From the IMG/VR virus record IMGVR_UViG_3300006930_000001, positions 11,121 to 75,120 of that record: DNA of 64,000 nucleotides. One strand, given 5' to 3'. The translations under genes were made by a program, and so were the position numbers. Of this stretch, positions 10,624-22,200 are shown piece by piece. Every line of letters begins with the position of its first letter. Positions within the stretch are counted from its first letter, which is position 1. Under the pieces are notes generated by a model. The model ran no database searches. It was given only the letters and a program-made list of their open reading frames with translations, and was not told where the DNA came from. This DNA is from a virus (taxonomy: Duplodnaviria; Caudoviricetes).

Positions 10624-10658
10624 TTCTTACCCTTACCTTTCTTCTTTCCGCAAGCCAT
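10620..10658 (-). CDS. 12-aa Lys-rich micro-ORF
   Basis: MACGKKKGKGKK; TAATG overlap with the upstream stop and ATGA overlap with the downstream start. Confidence 0.4.
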   Translation of the reverse strand: MACGKKKGKGKK

Positions 10659-10948
10659 TAGGCATCAACGTCAAATCCGGCGTCCTCTTTCCGTTGCCAT
10701 TCGATCTCCATAGACGATCTCTGACTCCGGTATGCAGCATCGAAATTTGCAAAAGCATCGTTACGTGCTGCAAAGAATGAATCCTCGATATCCTGCGCAT
10801 CTTTGATTGCCTGCAGATAAACCTGTTCCTGTCTCCAGTTTGCAAGGATCTGTTCTGACGAAAGCGCATTGAGACCTTCAATGGTGGAAGGAAGTGAGGC
10901 TTTCCAGGTGGCATATGCAGCCTGTGCCTGCGTTACTAAAGTTCCCAT
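10658..10948 (-). CDS. Hypothetical protein (possible fibre assembly chaperone)
   Basis: 96 aa helical protein at the end of the fibre block. Confidence 0.45.
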   Translation of the reverse strand: MGTLVTQAQAAYATWKASLPSTIEGLNALSSEQILANWRQEQVYLQAIKDAQDIEDSFFAARNDAFANFDAAYRSQRSSMEIEWQRKEDAGFDVDA

Positions 10949-10949
10949 A

Positions 10950-12914
10950 TCAATACATATAAGTCTCTGCCATTATTTGACCTAATTGGTTAAGATCAAG
11001 ATAACGGTTGAATACTGCCAATAATCCAGTAATACCAGAATGGTAATTTGCAGCATTCACAGAATCTTTACCTATGCATGCACTTGTAGGTGTAATGATG
11101 GCACCGGAAGAAGAAGAAGTAACTTCGAGAACTAAATTCTTCCTGCCCTCCATTACCAATTTGTTTCTTGTGAATGTTATGAAATACCATTCTCCTAATG
11201 TAAATGTTCCAGATTCCTCTAATGTAATAAGATTCCACGAAGAATCTCCAGACGATGCACACCATCCAAATTTTGATGTTGTATTGGCATATATACGCAA
11301 TCCATATCCAGAAGCAGATGCAAGATGAAATAGATTTCTTAATACCGATACAGAATCTACACGGACCCATAAACATATGGTAAAATCGTTTGATCCAAAA
11401 ATCATTTCATTTGTTATTGACAATACTATATAATTTGTAGATCCATCAAATTTTGCAAGATATGATCCAGATTTTTGTAGTTCTTTTGCAAATGTTCCTG
11501 CAGGTGTTGCTACACAACCAGGAGGAAGAAATCTGAATCCATTATCATTTAATGAATCAGAATAATCCTTTAAATTTGTATTACAATGCAATAATAGTTT
11601 TGTGTTTGGTAATGATTGTAATTCTGATACATCGTTTGAAAATACAGTATCTCCAACATTTCCTCCAGTATAAACCGCAGAATTTGTCCATCTTATTCCA
11701 GAAACATACCCATATAGGTTTGCACCGGAAGCATCACCATTCTGACCAATTATAAAGTTCCTTGCAGATACCCAATATGTTCCTGCAGATCCTTTTCCAA
11801 TGATAACGCCATCTTTGATAACATAAGCATAAGCACCGGATCTCATTATAACAAGTTTTGACCATACACCAAGAGCAGGACCTGAATTATTTGCAGTAGT
11901 TATTTGTGTAGCATATGCCCCATTATAACCCACAAACATCAACGAACCATTTGACCACATGCGACAATATGTAGCATTACCAGAAACACTTGCACCCGTA
12001 TTGAAAAAGAATGCAAGGTTTTCTATATTATCTGGATTAACAAACAATTCAAATGTCCAATCCGAATTTATACCATTGTTAATATCCGAAGGTGCTGTAA
12101 CAGAAATATATGAAGATCCACCAGTGAGATATAACATACCTCCACCATTTACTGGTGGTGCTACCGATTTTACACCACCATATGCAGTTATAGTATAATT
12201 ATTTGCACTTGAATCAACAAAGGACGTTCCTGTCTGTGCATAACGCATCAATAGTTTTGTATTACTTGTTATCTGTGGGGATCTGGTTGGTGGTTTATAA
12301 TTTGATGTATGACCAGTCACATTGAGTATTTCAAGATCTGAAATAAATCCTGCCATATATGTACTTGTATTATACCTCCCAATAGACAATGGAGATGTAG
12401 ATGGATAAAATGAACCGGATGATGTCCATGTATCGGTAAGTATTCCATTTCTAAAACAATAGAATGTATTGCCGCTTCTTGTTACTTCATAATACGCTGC
12501 AACATTCAATACAGCAGTTCCAAGCGATTTATTACTTGCAATATCCCAAGATGTTCCATTAGACGTTCCAAGGAAATAAACAGATGTTCCATACGTGTCT
12601 ATCAAGAATGGAGTATATGCTCCTGTTCCATTTCGTGATATTACACCATGCGATGTGGACGATCCAAGATCGGTGTTTGTCATCCAAAATCTTATGGTGA
12701 ATGGTTGTGTTCCAAAATCCCAATCTTCTGAATCTACCACTTCGTTATATGCATTGGTTCCATTATAGTAACCAACACCAGAACCAGGAACTGGATTTGC
12801 CAGTATAGCAGTTCCACCAGTAGTTACTGTTTTTGGAGCATTTACCAGAGCCTGCCTTCCTTGCCAAAAAATAGAACAATCAAGGCTTTTTAAAGCATCA
12901 TTATTGACAATCAT
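10950..12914 (-). CDS. Multi-LamG (concanavalin A-like) adhesin/fibre protein
   Basis: Three LamG-like repeats (DWDFGTQPFTIRFW; DWTFELFV; FGSNDFTICLWV) and TKLLLH linkers. Confidence 0.8.
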   Translation of the reverse strand: MIVNNDALKSLDCSIFWQGRQALVNAPKTVTTGGTAILANPVPGSGVGYYNGTNAYNEVVDSEDWDFGTQPFTIRFWMTNTDLGSSTSHGVISRNGTGAYTPFLIDTYGTSVYFLGTSNGTSWDIASNKSLGTAVLNVAAYYEVTRSGNTFYCFRNGILTDTWTSSGSFYPSTSPLSIGRYNTSTYMAGFISDLEILNVTGHTSNYKPPTRSPQITSNTKLLMRYAQTGTSFVDSSANNYTITAYGGVKSVAPPVNGGGMLYLTGGSSYISVTAPSDINNGINSDWTFELFVNPDNIENLAFFFNTGASVSGNATYCRMWSNGSLMFVGYNGAYATQITTANNSGPALGVWSKLVIMRSGAYAYVIKDGVIIGKGSAGTYWVSARNFIIGQNGDASGANLYGYVSGIRWTNSAVYTGGNVGDTVFSNDVSELQSLPNTKLLLHCNTNLKDYSDSLNDNGFRFLPPGCVATPAGTFAKELQKSGSYLAKFDGSTNYIVLSITNEMIFGSNDFTICLWVRVDSVSVLRNLFHLASASGYGLRIYANTTSKFGWCASSGDSSWNLITLEESGTFTLGEWYFITFTRNKLVMEGRKNLVLEVTSSSSGAIITPTSACIGKDSVNAANYHSGITGLLAVFNRYLDLNQLGQIMAETYMY

Positions 12915-14449
12915 TGTGTCCCTCTATGCCCAGGTAATATCGGGTATGCAGGGGCATGCAACCCATCTGGATTTGTTCTATCCATATGGAATTTGATCTC
13001 ACCACTTGATAAAGCCCTGTTAAAGACCATCAAATGTCGGATATACGATTTCCCATACAAACTGTTGGCTTCTCCTATTGACCAGGCCAGACCAAGATTT
13101 GCAGGTGAATTCCATGCAGTATCTATAGTAACCGTTTTGCTTACCATATTTATATAAATATACAACGTAGTTCCAGATCTTACCAGAGTAACGTAATACC
13201 ATGTATTCAATGACCAACCAGGACTCAAATTATGCCTGTAATAGAATCTTCTGACACCACCAGTATCATCCGATATCAAAATAATACGTGGATCTCCTAC
13301 ATTTGCATCAAGATACAATATAGCATAAATTGTCCCATTTGATTGGCCATATATCGGAACATAGTTTATATTTGCTGGAATATTCACCCAGAACGAAACA
13401 GTGAAATTTGATGCAAATACATACAGACTACTATCATTTGATATAGCAATTTTGTTTGTTGTTCCATTAAATCTCAATGCATGTTTATTATTGCCAAGTG
13501 GTGATTTGATCCAGAATCCAGAAGGTGTTATAGTGCTTGCTGCTGGTTTTATCGGAAATCCACCAACACCTTTTCCAATAAAGTCAAATCCTGATTGTGT
13601 TGCATATCTGATTATTACAACACCAGATCCTCCTCTATACCCTGCAGTGCTTACAGGTCCACCTGCTCCACCACCACCAAGACCATCTGTTCCTTGAGAA
13701 TAGTATCCACCACCACCAAGACCAGGAGATGCATTGGTTGGACATCCTGCATGAACACCAGCACCACCACCACCATAATAAGTTGCAGTTCCAGTAATAC
13801 TTGATTGTGTTCCAATACCACCATCACCAGGTTTAGTGCTTGCTACACCATTACCACCAACACCTCCAGTTCCACCACCACCACCAGAAGGTGCTCCAGA
13901 TGTAGAACCATTACCACCTGCACTTCCTTCCCCAGAAGTTCCAGATCCACCAGTTCCTGGGTTGGCACCTGCTCCACGGCCACCACCACCACAACCACCA
14001 GTATTTCCGTTTATATTGGTTCCGTTACCTCCACGGCCACCACCAGTAGTAGTTATTGTAGCAAATACAGATCCATCACCATTGGTATCAGAAGCGCCTC
14101 CTTGTCCAATAGTAATAAGATATACCTGACCTGGAGTAACAGCCAGTGTTCCGGTCTTTAATCCACCAGCACCACCTGCTCCACCAACACCTGTCGAATT
14201 ACCAGAACCTCCTCCTCCACCACCTGCTTGAACCAGATATTGGATAGAATTTACACCATCAGGACATACCCAATACGTGGATGTTGTAATATTGGTATTG
14301 AGAATGAACCTATCAATAGAATATCCACCATCGACAAGTCTGTCCCAACTGATATATGTTGCACCAATAATTTCCAGATCTTCGCCGGTATACCAGAGTA
14401 CACACCCGTTATAAAATTCCTTGTATTTTTGATAATTTAAAAGTGTCAT
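12911..14449 (-). CDS. Gly-rich domain plus LamG fibre protein
   Basis: WVCPDGVNSIQYLVQAGGGGGG...GGSGVVIIRY glycine-rich module followed by a LamG module (FASNFTVSFWV). Confidence 0.75.
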   Translation of the reverse strand: MTLLNYQKYKEFYNGCVLWYTGEDLEIIGATYISWDRLVDGGYSIDRFILNTNITTSTYWVCPDGVNSIQYLVQAGGGGGGSGNSTGVGGAGGAGGLKTGTLAVTPGQVYLITIGQGGASDTNGDGSVFATITTTGGGRGGNGTNINGNTGGCGGGGRGAGANPGTGGSGTSGEGSAGGNGSTSGAPSGGGGGTGGVGGNGVASTKPGDGGIGTQSSITGTATYYGGGGAGVHAGCPTNASPGLGGGGYYSQGTDGLGGGGAGGPVSTAGYRGGSGVVIIRYATQSGFDFIGKGVGGFPIKPAASTITPSGFWIKSPLGNNKHALRFNGTTNKIAISNDSSLYVFASNFTVSFWVNIPANINYVPIYGQSNGTIYAILYLDANVGDPRIILISDDTGGVRRFYYRHNLSPGWSLNTWYYVTLVRSGTTLYIYINMVSKTVTIDTAWNSPANLGLAWSIGEANSLYGKSYIRHLMVFNRALSSGEIKFHMDRTNPDGLHAPAYPILPGHRGTQ

Positions 14450-15201
14450 GATAATCTCCAGTATTCATGTGGTCCAGGTATTGCTCCAAGTCCTGTTACT
14501 GGATGCATTACTCGATTATACAATACAATTTCATTATCGGATATTGCACGTTTCAATAACATAATATTTACCATATTACCATTGAAATATGAACCATTAT
14601 ACTCTCCAAGTCTCCCAAGTGAAAATGCATTTGCACTATTCTTGATTGTGTTTGATAATGGAGAGTTTGTTGCTATAAGAGATCCACTTTGAAAACCATC
14701 AAATACAGTCCCAGATCTCCGTAATACAATACTATACCATTCTGTTGTATCTGCAATCAATGCTATCGTCATTGTGCAGAATACTAAACTTGATATTGAA
14801 TCGTATGCCCTAAAATACAAATAATTATTACCTGCATTGATAACATCAAATGCTAAAAGCCATGATATTGATGCATCAGATCCATTTGAATCGGATTGCC
14901 CCATAACAAATTGTCTTGATGCTAATGATCCACGTTTTATGAATAATAATATAGTGAAATTTCCTGCTACAAAATCAAAATCTGTATGATCTGGTAACGA
15001 TATACAATTGCTGGATCCATTGAATACCAATGCAGATCTATTATTCCCAAGACTTATTTTTGTCCACGATCCATTGTTTGTAGGGGATATACTCGATGGT
15101 ATTATCGGAAATTCATCAAAATCGTTTGTATACCCTGCACAATGAAACCCTGGCCACCAAAATACACATCTATCAAAAAGGGCTGGAAATTTTCCAGTCA
15201 T
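14446..15201 (-). CDS. LamG-domain protein
   Basis: ALVFNGSSNCISL, FDFVAGNFTILLF, FNGNMVNIMLLKRAISDNEI. Confidence 0.75.
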   Translation of the reverse strand: MTGKFPALFDRCVFWWPGFHCAGYTNDFDEFPIIPSSISPTNNGSWTKISLGNNRSALVFNGSSNCISLPDHTDFDFVAGNFTILLFIKRGSLASRQFVMGQSDSNGSDASISWLLAFDVINAGNNYLYFRAYDSISSLVFCTMTIALIADTTEWYSIVLRRSGTVFDGFQSGSLIATNSPLSNTIKNSANAFSLGRLGEYNGSYFNGNMVNIMLLKRAISDNEIVLYNRVMHPVTGLGAIPGPHEYWRLS

Positions 15202-15208
15202 GATAACC

Positions 15209-16189
15209 TCACGAATACGTAACCTTTGTTCGCAGTATCAAGTCTGCACACCCAACATCTGCCTGATTGACTCTGAAGTGCAATACATCACCAGCAGCAA
15301 GAGTTATCATACCAGAATCAAGAGATGTACCAGTTTTTTCCTGTTTATACACACCATTGGTGGCTGTATCTGTATCAAGTATTTGTAGTGGGGCATCTGA
15401 TGCAAATATACTCCCTGTCTCAAGTGTTGAGTTTTTCATTACCTGGACATACAACCTTCCACTTGTTCCTGGATTTCCAGTAAGATATGCCCCAGATAAT
15501 CCAATTGTGCATGCTGCGGGAGCAACCCAAGGCATTAGCATGGTTTCATATACAGCACCTTCTATAGTTCTGGTAATCCACTCTACTGCAGCACCAGAAC
15601 CTCCGGTTATCCCTGTAAGCAGAGATCCATCCACTGCTGGAAGTTTTCCATCTGCATTTAACTGAACCAGGTTTAATGCTGAAGTTCCTACAGCAAGTCC
15701 ATCTTTTAAGACACCAGTTGTGGAATCCCATTGTGGAACTTTGTTTTCTGTGGTGGATCCTGGCTTCAGGATCAGTCCGGCAATCAGGTTTGCATAGGTG
15801 ATCTTTTTATTAAGACTTGCAGATATGTCACGGAATGGCAATTCATCGCCAACAGCGATTGTAGTTTCTGCTGTTAGACCAGTAATATCCATTGATGAGA
15901 GTAAACCTGCAACAAAGTTTGCCCTGGTCATTCTCCTGATTAACTCAGTAGATGCATCATATACCAGGACTTCATCATCATCTGCAATCGATGTAAATGC
16001 AGCAGTTCCATGAATATCAAGATATATGGAAAGTGTTTCATTTCCACCATCTGTATTCTCAAGCAGACCAATTGCTGCACCTGCTACCAGTTTTCCATTT
16101 AGGTATCCCCTGGTAGTATCATTTGAGGAAACCTTTACCACTTCTGGCAAATACCCTAAACTTGTGTTTTTTGTCATTTCTACACCCAA
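15209..16189 (-). CDS. Fibre-like structural protein
   Basis: Shares the LVQL..DG.LPA.DGSLLT module with the protease-fibre protein; beta-sandwich C-terminus. Confidence 0.6.
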   Translation of the reverse strand: MGVEMTKNTSLGYLPEVVKVSSNDTTRGYLNGKLVAGAAIGLLENTDGGNETLSIYLDIHGTAAFTSIADDDEVLVYDASTELIRRMTRANFVAGLLSSMDITGLTAETTIAVGDELPFRDISASLNKKITYANLIAGLILKPGSTTENKVPQWDSTTGVLKDGLAVGTSALNLVQLNADGKLPAVDGSLLTGITGGSGAAVEWITRTIEGAVYETMLMPWVAPAACTIGLSGAYLTGNPGTSGRLYVQVMKNSTLETGSIFASDAPLQILDTDTATNGVYKQEKTGTSLDSGMITLAAGDVLHFRVNQADVGCADLILRTKVTYS

Positions 16190-16941
16190 TATTTAATAAT
16201 AACAATACCAGAGGCACCATTTATCGTATTAGAATGCCAATAGTCTCTTCCACCTGCACCACAACCTGAATTTGCTACAGGTCCATATGCTGCTCCAGTT
16301 GCCCATCCAGAACCATGTCCTGCCCGTGGACCACCAGGAGCACCATTCAATGATCCTCCTCCACCACCACCGGAACCATAACATAACATTGTTCCAGTTA
16401 TATTGGAATATACACCTGTTCCTCCGTTTCCACCATTGTTACCGGATCCGTTGGAGCCATTACCATTTGCTCCTGCACCTCCACCAGATCCTGTGTTAAT
16501 TCCTCCTCCTCCATTGAAACCTACCGTATTTCCACCATCAAATGCAATTCCGTCTGCCCCAGGTTGACAAATCAAATCATCAAATGATGATATTTGCCCA
16601 TTATTACCAACAGATAAATTATACACAGTTCCTGGAATAACTGTCAATATTCCAGTTTTTACTTCTCCACCAGCACCACCAGCAGACGAATTATAACCAG
16701 ATTTTATCTGTGCGCTATTCCCACCACCAGCAACAATCAAATATTCGATAGATGTTACCCCAATTGGACATTGCCACGTTCCTGGTCCAATTGTTGTAAA
16801 TTGTTCCACTACCGATTGTTTTATATGAGAATGAGTAGTCCGTTTCAGAAGTGATCCCTGGTCAATGGTAAGTGGAAAATTTTCCTGGAGAAGAAATGGT
16901 CCACTACCCTCCATATCGATACTTCTGTTAGAAAGCAGCAT
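16180..16941 (-). CDS. Glycine-rich domain structural protein
   Basis: WQCPIGVTSIEYLIVAGGG...GASGIVIIKY, paralogous to the module in 12911-14449. Confidence 0.7.
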   Translation of the reverse strand: MLLSNRSIDMEGSGPFLLQENFPLTIDQGSLLKRTTHSHIKQSVVEQFTTIGPGTWQCPIGVTSIEYLIVAGGGNSAQIKSGYNSSAGGAGGEVKTGILTVIPGTVYNLSVGNNGQISSFDDLICQPGADGIAFDGGNTVGFNGGGGINTGSGGGAGANGNGSNGSGNNGGNGGTGVYSNITGTMLCYGSGGGGGGSLNGAPGGPRAGHGSGWATGAAYGPVANSGCGAGGRDYWHSNTINGASGIVIIKYWV

Positions 16942-19281
16942 TTATACCACATCCAGGACTCCCATAGCATACTTTGCCAACCATGTGTTATGCCCTCCCA
17001 GAGCACCCACATACATCAAAGTAACACTGTCATAACCACTTGTAGAGGCTATGGTTCCACCACTTGCTGATTCGCTAATATGGAGTCGTATATATTGTCC
17101 AGAATTGGCAGTCAAAGTCCAGTTGACTCCAGTACCGATCACTTCAACAATATCCCCCTGTGATGGCGATACTGGAAGGGTATAGTTTTCTGTGATAGAT
17201 ACATAGGATCCCTGATTTGCTACCACATTGGTAAGCAGAGATCCATCTATCGCCGGGAGTCTACCTTCCTCGGTAAGTTGCACCAGATTCCCGGCAGCAG
17301 TCCCAATAGGGATACCAGAGGTAAGTTTCTTGTTCTCTGCATCCCACGTAGGGACCCGTCCTTCGATAGATGTCTCTGGTCCGGTAACATCCCCTTCCTG
17401 GAGATCAGCAGAGATCACACCATCGACAATTGATATCCGATCCCCTATCTTAACCCCACCAAGAACTGTATCAGATGCTACAGGAAGTTCATAATCTCCT
17501 GAAATTGTTGGTTTATTCTTGATAAAATCATCCTGGGTATTATCTGTCTGATTCCAGTCAGGCTGAACATTTTTCTCTGCATCTGATGCAGCATGGTCAG
17601 AAATTGCATGATCATATGCAATCTTTCCACGATCTCCCCTGTATGCAGTATCAGATGTTTCACCAAGAATTGCCGCAAATGTTTCTGGTTTGTTTGTTAC
17701 ATTTGCCCATGCCACTGACAAAGACTGGTTATCAATTTTATCAAAAGATGTATCATTACGATATACAAGCCAATCGCCAACCAGAAAATCGATGGTCGCA
17801 ACAGTTCCTTCAGCAGAGGCGATATAATAATATCCCTGTGCAGCAGGTTGCGGAGCACCAAGAGCAGGGTTAAACGTGCCCTTGAATACCAGCGATCCCA
17901 CAAGACTCGCCGGAAGCATCGCATCATCGATCTTACCATTTTCATCAAGAAAGGATACAGATATCTCTCCATTGGATATCGTTATCCCATCACCGGCTAT
18001 GTAGTCTCCTGCTGCATCAGTATCCTCTACCCATCGACCATTTCTCCGGTCATACATCTTGTCATCGTTTGGAACTTCTCCAATTGATGATTGTCTTCTG
18101 ATTCCAGTTACTGCACTTGGATCCGAAATCAAGCCATTAAATGCCTTATATGCATTGAGTCTTCCACCAGTGATACATTTTCCGGATAATGCAGGGATCA
18201 CATCGACATTGTTGAGTATAGCAGCACGTATCTGTGCTACAGTCAATGCAGGGAATGCTCCTTTGAGTAAAACGGCAACACCAGTAACCATAGGTGCTGC
18301 CATAGAAGTCCCAGATAACCAAACGTATGCATCACTGCCAAGCGTACTACAAATATTTGATCCTGGTGCTGCAAGATGAACTGTTGAATTTCCATAATTT
18401 GAATGAGTATTCAATTCATCCTTGTTATTGGTATTTGCAACAGAGATGATATTACTTAAACCAAAAGATGCAGGATACACAGGTTCAGAATCATTGTTCT
18501 TTGCATCATTTCCTGCAGCACAGACAAACAATGTGGTTGTCATCCCTGCCATCTTGTTATATAACGCAGATGAATATGAATACGATCCAAATGACATATT
18601 CACAATCGGACAGCCCATGAAATCTGCATGATCAAGACCATACAGGATAGTACTGTCTGTTGCTTCCATATTTGGACCAAGAGACTTGATTGGAATGATT
18701 CTACAATTCCATGCAACACCTGATACACCAGAACCATTGTTACCTTTTGCTCCGATTATACCTGCTACATGGGTTCCGTGGTCTCCATCATCCATTGCAT
18801 CAGCATCGGTATTGTAGAAATCGGCACCATCTGATTTTTTACAGTTCTCTGACAGATCTGGATGATTATAATTCACACCGGTATCAATCACACCAACTTT
18901 TACTGCAGAACTTCCAATTGTTTTTCCATCCTCATACAGAAGTCTCCAGGCAAGTGGAGCACGTATATCTGCCCCTGCTACACCACCATTCTGACCAGTA
19001 TTCCATAATGCCCACTGGTTGCCATCTGCATAATATGGATCATTAGGATGATATGGAGTTATCTCAAATGCTTTGTAAACATGATCTGGCTGTGCATATT
19101 CCACAATTCCAGCAGTTGTAAGCAATTCTATTGCTTTCTGGACTGTTATATCCTTGAATGCAATAAGATGATGTCCACCAACCTCCATTTCAAGAATAGC
19201 AGAAGGAATGACCTTCTGTATACTATTCATTGATACGCCAGGTTTTATTTTTACCAGGACCTTTCCTTCAACATATTCCAT
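16942..19281 (-). CDS. S8 subtilisin-like serine protease fused to fibre modules
   Basis: Catalytic motifs VGVIDTG, HGTHVAGII, AAGN, GTSMAAP; N-terminal propeptide; no signal peptide; C-terminal ~390 aa of fibre-type modules. Confidence 0.9.
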   Translation of the reverse strand: MEYVEGKVLVKIKPGVSMNSIQKVIPSAILEMEVGGHHLIAFKDITVQKAIELLTTAGIVEYAQPDHVYKAFEITPYHPNDPYYADGNQWALWNTGQNGGVAGADIRAPLAWRLLYEDGKTIGSSAVKVGVIDTGVNYNHPDLSENCKKSDGADFYNTDADAMDDGDHGTHVAGIIGAKGNNGSGVSGVAWNCRIIPIKSLGPNMEATDSTILYGLDHADFMGCPIVNMSFGSYSYSSALYNKMAGMTTTLFVCAAGNDAKNNDSEPVYPASFGLSNIISVANTNNKDELNTHSNYGNSTVHLAAPGSNICSTLGSDAYVWLSGTSMAAPMVTGVAVLLKGAFPALTVAQIRAAILNNVDVIPALSGKCITGGRLNAYKAFNGLISDPSAVTGIRRQSSIGEVPNDDKMYDRRNGRWVEDTDAAGDYIAGDGITISNGEISVSFLDENGKIDDAMLPASLVGSLVFKGTFNPALGAPQPAAQGYYYIASAEGTVATIDFLVGDWLVYRNDTSFDKIDNQSLSVAWANVTNKPETFAAILGETSDTAYRGDRGKIAYDHAISDHAASDAEKNVQPDWNQTDNTQDDFIKNKPTISGDYELPVASDTVLGGVKIGDRISIVDGVISADLQEGDVTGPETSIEGRVPTWDAENKKLTSGIPIGTAAGNLVQLTEEGRLPAIDGSLLTNVVANQGSYVSITENYTLPVSPSQGDIVEVIGTGVNWTLTANSGQYIRLHISESASGGTIASTSGYDSVTLMYVGALGGHNTWLAKYAMGVLDVV

Positions 19282-19282
19282 T

Positions 19283-22200
19283 TTAGATCACCACATTCAT
19301 CTCAATAGTTCCTACTGCAGAAATGACCTGGAATTCAAGATTTGCTGTTATGCACAGGATTTCTACACAGTCCCTGTAGTGCGATGATTGGATATACCCA
19401 TCCACACCTTTTCTGGTCTCCCGGTCCAAAAAGAATATCTGCTGGTTGGCATTTTGACCGATCTTCCATCCACCAACACCTTTGCCCACTACACGGAATT
19501 TGTCACCCATTGCACAAGTTGTAGGGAGTGATAACACAAGACGCGATTCTCCATTGGATATGTAGCATTTGTCTGCCTCGATTGTCCTGGACGATACCAA
19601 TTGCGACCATGATTCTCCTGCTTCTGGAATTACCCACGGGACCCAGACACCACCAGTTTTTGCATATCTGATTCCTGCTGTCTGATCATAGAGCATTGCT
19701 CCTTCGGGTGGAACATCAAATTCCCATTCTCCACCAGTTCCATTGTCTATCCAGGTTGCAATTTTGTTTTCTTGGTCTGCCCATACACCTGTAGGAGATG
19801 CTCCAACAAGGAATCTATCATTAAAGTCATAATTGACAGGTGGAGCATTTAACGTGGCTTCTACCGATTCTTGCCAAGATCCATCACTTGTTCCTGCAGG
19901 TCCTCTTGGCCCCATAGGTCCTTGTGGTCCGACTGCACCGGTATCACCCTTCTCACCACGTAACCCACGTAGTCCAGTTGGTCCCTGTGGTCCCTGTGGA
20001 CCTTCGACACCCTGAAGACCACGTGGGCCTACAATATGACCACAATTTACCCAGGAAGTTCCAAACCAGACATAACAGTTCTGATCTGCTGCACAGAGAT
20101 ACCCATCATTCAGCGTGGCCGATACCGGAAGATCCCCAACAGTTGCCACAGATCCCAGGAGATTAATCTGGGTTCCAGGTGCTCCTGGTGGACCCTCGGG
20201 ACCCATTGGACCAGCAGGACCTACAAGTCCATCTTCGCCATCAACGCCATCCTGACCATTGGTTCCAGCATCTCCTTTTTCTCCTTGTGGTCCACGGACT
20301 ACAGAAGTTATATCGATCCATGCTGAACCATCCCATTGCTGATATACAGATCCTACGATAATAAACGTATCCTGTTGAAGAATTGGATTTCCTTCAGTTG
20401 CAAAATGTGCATCACGGGCAGTAGTATCTGCAAAGATATGTTCTGGTCTTACATAGATAGGACCAATGTATACTTGTTTATTTACAAATGCAGATTCTTC
20501 TGCTTCGTAAAATATACCATCACCATCTTGTGGATTGGTGATCTTGAATCCTGCAAGTTCTACCCAATTATGTCCATGACCAGCAAGAGCAAAATCACTT
20601 GACGGATGCCCATTAAGCAGTTGTGCATTAAGATTCGGAACAAGCACTTGTGATGCAACAAGGAATGGAGATCCTACATTTGTGAACGTATGCTGTGCAG
20701 AAATCTCTCTTGCATTGGCAAGATGAATATATTGCAAATGATCGTCATTTGCGAGTCCTGCAAGTGCAGAATGGTTTACAACGCTTGGCAATTTCACCCA
20801 GGTAGTTCCATTGTATGTATACGAATGGTTATCTGCTACACATGCAACAAGCCATCCAGTTACCGGAGATTCGAATGCCCATTCAGTTGTATATGTAGCA
20901 ATTGCATTGTTATGACCTTCGAATGCTCCAGTTCCAGCAGTTCCGACCAGATAAATATCACCAGACGATGGTGTAACTGGTGGTGTATTGGTAACATCAA
21001 GAACAGAACATTTCCAAATCATACCAGCCACTGCTGCCGCAAGTGTATCAAGCGTTACTGCATCGGATCCAGCAACAGGTGGCGATAGATTGGTAAGTCT
21101 TCGTGTCTGGGCATCGATGGTTTCTGTATACATCCTCGGGTATCTTCCATCATGGGTATGAGGAGATCCACCAATATTATACGTTTCTCCACCTGGAATA
21201 TTGATAGAATTTGGAACAATACCATATGGGAATCGTGCAATTGCATCGGCACGTATTGTCATTGCTTCTGCAATTTCAAGTCCACCAATAGGTTTTACCA
21301 CAAGTGATACTCTGGAAAATCCATTACTGGCACAACATCCATAAATGAACATTCCACCACCAAATTCATCAACCTTTACATTTTTGATGACATTTGCAGC
21401 GAATCCTATCCTTGGATGCAATGTTGCATTCTGTTCACAAGCATTCCAGTAATTATCTGGGTTCCATTTGGTATCTATATCAAGAATTCCACCATATGTG
21501 AGAGTATCAAACGATGCATGCGTTTTAAGGATATATTCTCCACGACCAGTCTTGAACGGACGTTTAATCAGAAGATTTCCTTCGAGAAATGCATCATACC
21601 CTGCAGCCTTGGCATATCCACCAAATGAATCTGCCCAGACCATTAACTGATTTTTCACTGTTGGTGTTATTGGCAAAATACCAGTGGTTGCATTAGACAT
21701 ACCCATGTTGATAAGCATGCAGTTTTCAAATAACTCTGCTGCCTCTTCATTCATACCAACACGGAGTTCTCTTTTTGTAAAATCTACACCAAGTTCTCCA
21801 CCCCATAATCTTGCATTTGCAAGCCCTGCAGTATTTCCACGTTTTATAAGAATAATATTCTCTGTGCAATGAACTGACTTAAAAGTGGCAGTAACATCCA
21901 GATCTTCGGTAAGTGCATCATATACAACGGTATCACCTTCAACCTCTTCACCATTCACAGTAAGGGTATCAAGTTCATAATCGTCGTCCGGGACTGCACG
22001 AATTACCACACGTTGGCCCTGGAGATAATCTTCACTTCCAGGATACATTGGTGTCGGATCAACAGAAATATCACCACCAAGACCAGATCCTCCAGTGGTA
22101 TCAATATTATACGCAGTATGCGGTCCTGCACCAAATTCAACCGTTACTTCGAGATCGTCTTGTATATTTGGAATTTCAACACCAGCAATACCTCCAGTTC

